DNA of 52,545 nt. Source: an uncultured Kordia sp. GTDB taxonomy: Bacteria; Bacteroidota; Bacteroidia; Flavobacteriales; Flavobacteriaceae. The DNA lies in assembly GCA_964535135.1 (NCBI GenBank), contig CAZHSA010000001.1:1-52545 (forward strand), written 5' to 3'. The notes under the pieces were generated by a model. The model was not told the origin of the DNA. It worked only from the letters and a program-made list of their open reading frames with translations, and made no database searches. Both the position numbers and the translations under genes were made by a program. Shown here in pieces: positions 46,074-52,545 of this stretch (positions are counted from its first letter, which is position 1; each line of letters begins with the position of its first letter).

Positions 46074-47159
46074 TTAAAAAGATGCTAAGTATGCAGCGAT
46101 ATTTTGATTGGAATCCAAACCCATTTTTTTACGCAATCTGGTTTTGGCGACATTTACAGTATTTACCGTCGTATTTCTAACGACTGCAATTTCTTTAGAT
46201 GATAATCCTAATTTGATATAGGAACAAAATTCTTTGTCTGTTCGGGTTATATTTGGGTGTGCTTTTAGTAAATTCTCGAAGAAATTAGCATTCACTAAGG
46301 CTAAATTCTGCTCAGAAAGATTCATCTTAGTATTGATTTCATTTTGCTGACGAAGTTCTAAAATGACTTGCCTGATGTTATTTTCTAATTTGCCTTCTTG
46401 CTGTGCTAATTTTAATTTTTTGATGAGATTTTCATTCAGTTGTATTTGCACCTTATTATTGGAAAGAATCATCTCTATATCCTTTTGCTTCAACAACAAT
46501 TCTTGCTCGTATTTTTCTTTTTCGAGTTGTATCAGCTGTTCAGAAGTTTTTTTAATGACTTCATTTTGATGTTTTAGCGTATGATTCTGTGCTTTGATGG
46601 TTTTTTCATCTTTATTACGCATTTTGTTTACGAATTGTAAACCATACGCAAAAAGGAGTAAAATGATTAATGTGAGAATGTAACCTAAAACTCCAAATTC
46701 TCGTTCGTTAAGTTGAAAATAGTGCAAAAAGGAAAATGTAATAAAGGCATATAGAAAGCCTAAATTTTTCCAAATTCTATTCTTAACCAAAAAAATACTA
46801 AAAAAGCCGATACATAAAGCAGCATAAGGTACTTCTATTTGCTCTGTATCTAGAAATACTGCAGGATATGCAAACGTAGGCATACTGAATAAATATAATA
46901 AACAAGAGATTTGACTTTTACCTGTTCCATTCAGATAAATTACTGTGACTAATATGATCTCTGCTAAAAAGATTACAAATATAGGTGCATAATCAGCCTC
47001 AATTAATTTCCTGATGAGTACTGTAGGTAATATCATAATAGCGCCATAGAGACTAATAAAGTTGAGCAATTTCAAGGCACGCTTGTCAAACTCTGTAGAA
47101 ACGTGTTCAACACCTTTGTTGATAATTACGTTATGATATGCTGTTATCTTTTTGAACAA
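46074..47159 (-). CDS. Membrane-anchored LuxR-type HTH transcriptional regulator
   Basis: About six N-terminal TM helices, coiled coil, C-terminal HP.IT..D...CSYIKLGLSSKEIA......V...KTRLRKKM. Confidence 0.85.
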   Translation of the reverse strand: MFKKITAYHNVIINKGVEHVSTEFDKRALKLLNFISLYGAIMILPTVLIRKLIEADYAPIFVIFLAEIILVTVIYLNGTGKSQISCLLYLFSMPTFAYPAVFLDTEQIEVPYAALCIGFFSIFLVKNRIWKNLGFLYAFITFSFLHYFQLNEREFGVLGYILTLIILLLFAYGLQFVNKMRNKDEKTIKAQNHTLKHQNEVIKKTSEQLIQLEKEKYEQELLLKQKDIEMILSNNKVQIQLNENLIKKLKLAQQEGKLENNIRQVILELRQQNEINTKMNLSEQNLALVNANFFENLLKAHPNITRTDKEFCSYIKLGLSSKEIAVVRNTTVNTVNVAKTRLRKKMGLDSNQNIAAYLASF

Positions 47160-47247
47160 ATCTTTTTTTACGAAAATACAAGATTAAAAAATAATAATGT
47201 AAAATCTGATCGTATTGTTCTGTCTTTAAGTCTAAAAATTATGGTAC

Positions 47248-47273
47248 AAAAAAACCTCTCGAATGAGAGGTTT
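47248..47273 (-). terminator. Terminator of tRNA-His
   Basis: AAACCTCTC-gaat-GAGAGGTTT hairpin with an A-run, immediately 3' of the tRNA. Confidence 0.78.
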
Positions 47274-47280
47274 ACTTTTG

Positions 47281-47355
47281 GGTGAAAGACCGGGTTCGAA
47301 CCGGCGACCTCTGGAACCACAATCCAGCGCTCTAACCAACTGAGCTACAATCACC
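47281..47355 (-). tRNA. tRNA-His (GTG)
   Basis: GGTGATTGTAGCTCAGTTGGTTAGAGCGCTGGATTGTGGTTCCAGAGGTCGCCGGTTCGAACCCGGTCTTTCACC; cloverleaf, anticodon GTG, G-1:C73; CCA not fully encoded. Confidence 0.96.
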
Positions 47356-47371
47356 ATTTGTTTTGCGGATG

Positions 47372-47379
47372 CAAATATA
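47372..47379 (-). promoter_or_regulatory. -7 promoter element (TATATTTG) of tRNA-His
   Basis: Exact TAnnTTTG match about 17 bp upstream of the tRNA. Confidence 0.7.
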
Positions 47380-47498
47380 AACTATTTTATATTTCATACA
47401 AAGCAATTATAAAACTTATTTTACTTTGTTTTTTATGTGTGTGATTTTAAAAAGATTAGCATTGAAAATAATTTCTCATCAAGTAATAATGCTTCAAT

Positions 47499-47723
47499 TT
47501 AAAAAAATAATCCTCCAAAACATCCACAGTGTATACCTTGTGGACATGGAACATATTTAGTAATCTGATTTAACTTGAATGTCTCAGGACTTATCTCATA
47601 TAATGGAATCGCTATAAAAATCAAAACTAATACGATCGCAAGTATTTTTGTGCGTACCGAAAATGTTCGTATACTCGATTCATACTGAAATCGTAATGGG
47701 TCGTGTGCATGTTCTTGTTCCAT
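47499..47723 (-). CDS. Small hypothetical single-TM protein with a Cys-containing C-terminal tail
   Basis: ATG 11 bp downstream of bshB1; one hydrophobic helix; CPQGIHCGC. Confidence 0.55.
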   Translation of the reverse strand: MEQEHAHDPLRFQYESSIRTFSVRTKILAIVLVLIFIAIPLYEISPETFKLNQITKYVPCPQGIHCGCFGGLFF

Positions 47724-47734
47724 ATCGTTTGTGT

Positions 47735-48451
47735 TTAAATTAAATCATCTAGCGAATCTACCGCCACGTAACGTTCTACCGTAAAGCCTTCCGCATGATC
47801 TACACCAATCAAACGTCCTAAATCGCGCGCTCTGTAGGTAATGCTATCTATAAAGTTTTTACTCGTAATGGGCGTTTCCGCTTCACTACTTTTCGGATCG
47901 TAAAATTGTGAGCTATACGCCATCACAGCATCGTGTTTCTTTTCTATAAAACCTGAAACATCCACCACAAAATCTGGTTCCAAATTTTTCCACTGAATAT
48001 AATGATACACATGTGTTGGTCGCCATTTTTCTTGTAATTTACCATCAAATTCAGTTTCAATCTTTAGCAAACCACTCAAAAAACAGGCATCACTTACGAG
48101 CTGACTTCCCTTTCCATGATCTATGTGTCTATCGTCCACAGCATTACACAATACAATTTCTGGCTGATATTTGCGAATCACTTTTATGATCTCTAATTGA
48201 TGTGCTTTATCATTCCTAAAAAAGCCATCTGCAAACGCTAAATTCTCTCTAACAGCTACACCCAATATTTTTGCCGCATTAGCCGCTTCAACATCACGTA
48301 AATCTGCTGAACCGCGTGTGCCCAGTTCTCCTCGTGTCAAATCGAGGATTCCGACTGTTTTTCCTTTGGAAATTTCTTTAGCAATCGTAGCGCCGCAACC
48401 CAATTCTACATCATCAGGATGTGCGCCAATGGCTAATATGTCTAACTTCAT
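47735..48451 (-). CDS. bshB1: Bacillithiol biosynthesis deacetylase (PIG-L/LmbE family)
   Basis: AHPDDVELGC, LTRGELGTRG, DRHIDH, AY.SQF and AEGF motifs. Confidence 0.9.
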   Translation of the reverse strand: MKLDILAIGAHPDDVELGCGATIAKEISKGKTVGILDLTRGELGTRGSADLRDVEAANAAKILGVAVRENLAFADGFFRNDKAHQLEIIKVIRKYQPEIVLCNAVDDRHIDHGKGSQLVSDACFLSGLLKIETEFDGKLQEKWRPTHVYHYIQWKNLEPDFVVDVSGFIEKKHDAVMAYSSQFYDPKSSEAETPITSKNFIDSITYRARDLGRLIGVDHAEGFTVERYVAVDSLDDLI

Positions 48452-48465
48452 CTCTACTATTTATT

Positions 48466-48588
48466 TGGGCATTTCCTCCGATATCTCGTAGGTCAGGCTA
48501 TCCGCACTCGCTTTTTGTTTATGGCTTTCCTGCTAAGGCAGGAATCCAACACAAAAGAGCTCAAACAAATGCTTCTATCCTTAATGCA
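48466..48588. repeat. Intergenic palindromic repeat element with an embedded REP-like hairpin
   Basis: TTCCTGC-taag-GCAGGAA at 48527-48544 nested in CTTTTTGT...ACAAAAGAG; GC-richer than its flanks; resembles dispersed flavobacterial repeats (from recall; only one copy here). Confidence 0.5.
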
Positions 48589-48607
48589 ATTTCGTTTAAA
48601 ATTTTTA

Positions 48608-49762
48608 TTACTTCTTCGCCTTTTTTATCGCCTGTTTCAAATCGACAATGATATCTTTTTTATCTTCAATCCCGACTGAAAAACGAATGAGTCCATCCGC
48701 AATTCCTTGTTTTTTACGTTCTTCCGGCGTTAATAGTGCATGTGAAGTTTGTGTTGGACTTAACACGGTACTTTCTACACCTGCCAAACTCATAGATGGC
48801 TTAATTAATTTTAATGATTTGAAAAATTTAGATACATCATAATTAGGTTTCAACTCAAACGACATCATGCCGCCAAAACCTGACATTTGCGATGCTGCCA
48901 ATTTGTGATCTTTGTGCGATTTTAATCCTGGATAATACACATTCGCAACGGCTTCATGCTTTTCTAAGAAGTTTGCGAGTTTTAGTGCATTTTTGTTCTG
49001 TTCTTTCACACGAATTCCCAACGTTTTCATGCTTCTTTCCAACATCCAAACGGTAAAGTCACTTAAGCTTCCACCTAGGTTTTTTGCCAATTGAAAAATT
49101 TGATTGATATGTTCTGCGGAAGCGGCAACAGCACCTGCTAAAATATCACTATGACCGCCAAAATACTTTGTGGCACTGTGAATCATGATGTCAATTCCCA
49201 TATTTCCCGGCAACTGATTCACTGGACTTGCAAATGTATTGTCAATCATTGTGATAAGATGGTGCTTTTTGGCAAGTTTTACCACTTTTCGGATGTCCGT
49301 TACTTTCAACAACGGATTGGAAGGCGTTTCAATATAAATGACTTTGGTGTTTTTACGAATTTCCTTTTTGAAATCTTTACTATCTAAACTTTTCGTGAAC
49401 GAATATTCAATTCCGTATTTATCAAATTCTTCCAACACCAAATTCATGGTGCCGCCATACAAGGCATTTTGCAATATAATATGATCGCCTTTGTGTAAAA
49501 ACGCCAGTAAACTTGTACTTACAGCCGCCATTCCACTTCCAAAAATAAGTGCCGCTTCTGTCTGCTCTAACGCAGCTACTTTTTTGCACAACGCTTGCTG
49601 ATTGGGCGTATTAAAATAGCGTGGATAGCGCTTTTCATCTATATCTTCAAAAGCATACGAACTACTTAGATAAATAGGTGAAACAGCGCCTTTAAATTGT
49701 GTATCTTTTACTTCTCCTGTGTGGGTACAAACAGTATTAAGTCCTAAATTATTTTTTTTCAT
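48608..49762 (-). CDS. Cys/Met metabolism PLP enzyme (cystathionine gamma-synthase/beta-lyase family)
   Basis: SGMAA, YGGT, ETPSNP, DNTFASP, HSATKY.GGHSD and R.SVGIE motifs. Confidence 0.92.
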   Translation of the reverse strand: MKKNNLGLNTVCTHTGEVKDTQFKGAVSPIYLSSSYAFEDIDEKRYPRYFNTPNQQALCKKVAALEQTEAALIFGSGMAAVSTSLLAFLHKGDHIILQNALYGGTMNLVLEEFDKYGIEYSFTKSLDSKDFKKEIRKNTKVIYIETPSNPLLKVTDIRKVVKLAKKHHLITMIDNTFASPVNQLPGNMGIDIMIHSATKYFGGHSDILAGAVAASAEHINQIFQLAKNLGGSLSDFTVWMLERSMKTLGIRVKEQNKNALKLANFLEKHEAVANVYYPGLKSHKDHKLAASQMSGFGGMMSFELKPNYDVSKFFKSLKLIKPSMSLAGVESTVLSPTQTSHALLTPEERKKQGIADGLIRFSVGIEDKKDIIVDLKQAIKKAKK

Positions 49763-49809
49763 TTTTACATTTTGATGGTGTCTAAATTACAAAACAGGAA
49801 TGTATAAAC

Positions 49810-51219
49810 CTAGACTTTCACACCTTTCCATTTTCCTTGTTTGAAGACAATCATGCCAATAATGGCAATTAAGACTTCGGCTGCTGTAACGGCCCAAAAC
49901 ACGCCTTGCGGTCCAAAATCAAAGTATATCGCCATCAAATAGGCAAATGGCAATTGAAATAACCAAAAACACACAAAATTGATGTAGGTTGGTGTTTTGG
50001 TATCTCCTGCACCATTGAACGATTGTATGACCACCATGGCATATCCGTAAAATACATAGCCCGCAGCCACAATTTGCAAACACAAAGCACCATTTTCAAT
50101 AACAATTGCTTTGTCTGTAAATAAACCAATGATTTCTTTAGCAAAGACTAAATACACAATAGACACAATTCCCATAAACCAAGCATTGTATTTTCCCGTT
50201 TTCCAAACAGAGGTTTCTGCTCGTTTTGGCTGATTGGCGCCTAAGTTTTGTCCAACCAACGTTGCTGCTGCATTGCTCATTCCCCAACAAGGTAACAATG
50301 TAAACATTACGACGCGAATGGCAATCGTGTAGCCTGCCAAAACATCGCTTCCGAATTCAGACATGATTCGCATGAGGAAAATCCAACTTGATGTTCCAAT
50401 GATGAATTGTCCAATTCCGCCCAGCGATATTTTTAAGAGATCTAGCATGATCACAGCTCTAAATACCAAATCTTTATATTTGATTTTAATGACGCTTCCG
50501 CCATAAAATAAGATTGCCAATTGAAATAAAACGGCAGTTCCACGTCCAATAGTCGTTGCAATAGCGGCGCCTTCTACTCCAAAAGCAGGAACTGGTCCGA
50601 ATCCGAAAATAAATAATGGATCGAGAATGATATTGAGCACATTGGATAAAATCAACGCTTTCATCGCTACAGAAGCATTTCCTGCGCCTCTAAATATCGC
50701 GTTGATTAAAAAGAGTAGCATGATAGTCATATTTCCTCCTAAAAGGATTTGCGTATAACCAAAACCTTCTTCAATGAGTTCGGCTTCGCCGCCCATGAGT
50801 CCTAAGATTTCTTTCGGAAATATAATTCCAATCACGCTGATGACACTTGCGATAGAAACACCTAAAAAGATGGCTTGTACAGCTACTTTTGAAGCGCCAG
50901 TTGGATCTTTTTCGCCAATTCTACGTGCGACTAAAGCGGTTGCTGCCATACTTACGCCAATGGCAACGGCATATACTAAGGTAACGACCGATTCTGTGAG
51001 TCCGATCGTAGCAACGGCATTCGTACTGACTTGTGAAACGAAGGCGATATCGACAATTGCGAAAATAGATTCCATCAACATTTCTAGAATCATGGGAATG
51101 GACAGCATAAAAATTGCCTTTCGAATGCTTCCTGTCGTGAAATCGTTTTGTGTGCCTTTTAGGGCTTCTTTAAGAGATGTATATAGTTTTTTGATTGATA
51201 GTGTTTGGTCCTGAGACAT
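49810..51219 (-). CDS. MATE family efflux transporter
   Basis: About 12 TM; N.ILDPLFIFG, G..GAAIAT, LVGQNLGA and GAGDT..P motifs. Confidence 0.93.
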   Translation of the reverse strand: MSQDQTLSIKKLYTSLKEALKGTQNDFTTGSIRKAIFMLSIPMILEMLMESIFAIVDIAFVSQVSTNAVATIGLTESVVTLVYAVAIGVSMAATALVARRIGEKDPTGASKVAVQAIFLGVSIASVISVIGIIFPKEILGLMGGEAELIEEGFGYTQILLGGNMTIMLLFLINAIFRGAGNASVAMKALILSNVLNIILDPLFIFGFGPVPAFGVEGAAIATTIGRGTAVLFQLAILFYGGSVIKIKYKDLVFRAVIMLDLLKISLGGIGQFIIGTSSWIFLMRIMSEFGSDVLAGYTIAIRVVMFTLLPCWGMSNAAATLVGQNLGANQPKRAETSVWKTGKYNAWFMGIVSIVYLVFAKEIIGLFTDKAIVIENGALCLQIVAAGYVFYGYAMVVIQSFNGAGDTKTPTYINFVCFWLFQLPFAYLMAIYFDFGPQGVFWAVTAAEVLIAIIGMIVFKQGKWKGVKV

Positions 51220-51329
51220 AATGTATAAGTATATATTAGAAATGTGTAGCTACGTGAAGCTGTGCTACAAAAAAGTGTCGAAAAGTGTTCGACGGGTTCC
51301 GAATATAAATGATCTACAGTTCCATAATG

Positions 51330-51389
51330 ATACAAATATCGCTTTTTTTTCCGAATCTCCAAATTCTTTAAAAAAAGCGATATTTGTAT
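51330..51389. repeat. Perfect 20-bp inverted repeat between the glutathione peroxidase and MATE genes
   Basis: ATACAAATATCGCTTTTTTT (51330-51349) / AAAAAAAGCGATATTTGTAT (51370-51389). Confidence 0.75.
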
Positions 51390-51411
51390 TATTTTTTATG
51401 TCTAAAACTAT

Positions 51412-52023
51412 TTACTTCCCTTCAATCCAAGAAATAACAGCTTCGTCATTAGGCAAGGTTTGTGGAGAAATTACTTTTTCTAATTCTCCTTTTTCATTCA
51501 CTAAATACTTTTGAAAATTCCACGCTACGTCCGAATCTTGCAATCCGTTTTTTGATTTTTGCGTTAGGAATTGATACACTTCATGCATATCGCTTCCTTT
51601 TACCGAAATTTTACTCATCATCGGAAATGTGACACCATAATTTACTTTACAAAACGTTGCAATTTGCTGATCGCTTCCTGGCTCTTGCGCACCAAAGTTG
51701 TTTGCTGGAAAACCAACAATCGTGAAATTTTTGTCTTTAAATGTTTCATATACGTCTTGTAATTGATCGTATTGCGGCGTTAATCCACATTTAGAAGCCG
51801 TGTTGACGATCATTACTTTTTTCCCTTTTAAATCGGCAAGCTTAAAGTCTTTTCCAGAAATATCTTTTACTGTAAATTGATGAATTGTTCCTTTTTCCAT
51901 AGTGTTTTCGGTAGTGGTTTTTGTGATAACTGCTGCTGTAGTGGCAGCTGTTGTTTCTTTTTCTTTCGGTTTTGAAGTACAACTTACAGCACAAACTATA
52001 AGTAGTAACATAAATATTCTCAT
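51412..52023 (-). CDS. Glutathione peroxidase family lipoprotein (Cys type)
   Basis: VNTASKCGLT.QY, GFPANNFG.QEPG and WNFQKYLV motifs; lipobox AVSC. Confidence 0.93.
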   Translation of the reverse strand: MRIFMLLLIVCAVSCTSKPKEKETTAATTAAVITKTTTENTMEKGTIHQFTVKDISGKDFKLADLKGKKVMIVNTASKCGLTPQYDQLQDVYETFKDKNFTIVGFPANNFGAQEPGSDQQIATFCKVNYGVTFPMMSKISVKGSDMHEVYQFLTQKSKNGLQDSDVAWNFQKYLVNEKGELEKVISPQTLPNDEAVISWIEGK

Positions 52024-52132
52024 GAGGTTTTTAGTTTTTTGTAAAAATACGAAAGTATTCGCTTACGCGGAGAATGCTTTTCCATTTTTTAAACAATGCT
52101 AACTAATTATAGAGAAATATTGATTGATCCTT

Positions 52133-52545
52133 TTAAACAGCATCAAACACCCAAAAATCATGCGCAGGCAACGACGCTTCATACGTGATAAGTTCTTTGG
52201 AATCAAATGCTTCAAAGGTTAATTTCCACGCATGGAGACAAATAGAAAGTGACGTATAAGTTACATCCGAACCGTATTTTTGATCGCCTACAATAGGAAG
52301 TCCGATGTGTGCCAATTGTGCACGAATTTGATGAAATCTGCCCGTTTTTGGTTGTATCGCTAACACATATCCAATCTCATTTTTGCCAATGACTTCATAC
52401 GAAAGCATGCAACTTTGTGTGTCTTTTGATTTTGATGGAACAATTTCCGCTTTTTTATCTTTCGTGTTTTTTCTGAGAAAATTGACTAATTTCCCTTTGC
52501 TTTTTGCAGGTTTGTTTTTTACAATCGCCAAATACGTTTTTTGAA
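52133..52545 (-). CDS. RluA-family RNA pseudouridine synthase (5' part lies outside the window)
   Basis: KTYLAIV, TGRFHQIRAQL, PIVGD.KYG and LHA motifs; frame open to the window end. Confidence 0.9.
   Translation of the reverse strand, partial: QKTYLAIVKNKPAKSKGKLVNFLRKNTKDKKAEIVPSKSKDTQSCMLSYEVIGKNEIGYVLAIQPKTGRFHQIRAQLAHIGLPIVGDQKYGSDVTYTSLSICLHAWKLTFEAFDSKELITYEASLPAHDFWVFDAV

Larger units (their letters stand above)
32466..47328. mobile_element. Genomic island integrated at the tRNA-His 3' end (~14.9 kb, no integrase visible)
   Basis: Flanked by the tRNA direct repeats; accessory cargo inside; core genes resume beyond the tRNA. Confidence 0.8.

Noticed and set aside
47103-47285. Integrase or remnant next to tRNA-His
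   Set aside because: Only ~120 bp separate the tRNA from the regulator; no recombinase motifs; the 60-aa plus-strand ORF looks spurious
48421-48651. 76-aa plus-strand ORF
   Set aside because: Spans an intergenic repeat and is antisense to both neighbours
51330-51389. Invertible phase-variable promoter
   Set aside because: The promoter-like motif is within both arms, the spacer is only 20 bp, and no invertase is nearby
51412-52023. Selenoprotein glutathione peroxidase
   Set aside because: The active site is Cys (SKCG); there is no in-frame TGA

Overview
AT-rich Bacteroidota DNA, most likely Flavobacteriaceae (marine Kordia/Aquimarina-like; inferred from gene style, T9SS C-terminal domains and TAnnTTTG promoters). 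All genes except the first lie on the minus strand. Left to right: (1) a secreted serine hydrolase; (2) a SusR-SusC-SusD-SusE-GH30-GH30-ricin-GH5/CBM92-like polysaccharide utilisation locus, probably for beta-1,6-glucan; (3) a 1612-aa nuclease-RecQ-UvrD double helicase; (4) a tightly coupled 7-gene operon of an orphan helical protein plus tailoring enzymes (GT1, Asp/Asn beta-hydroxylase-like, two paralogous unknowns, class III aminotransferase, PseH-like GNAT) with no core synthase; (5) an FN3 lipoprotein plus O-antigen-ligase-like pair; (6) a ~14.9 kb integrase-less island bounded by a 45-bp duplication of the tRNA-His 3' end, carrying a membrane LuxR-type regulator, twin promoters, a candidate sRNA complementary to the next gene's leader, a 3761-aa 12-module LRR/HYR/C-type-lectin protein ending in a dockerin-like duplicated motif, and a small T9SS partner; (7) core genes (bshB1, PLP Cys/Met enzyme, MATE, glutathione peroxidase, partial RluA). 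The best candidates for an undescribed system are the island module and the core-less tailoring operon. All calls come from motif reading; no searches were run.
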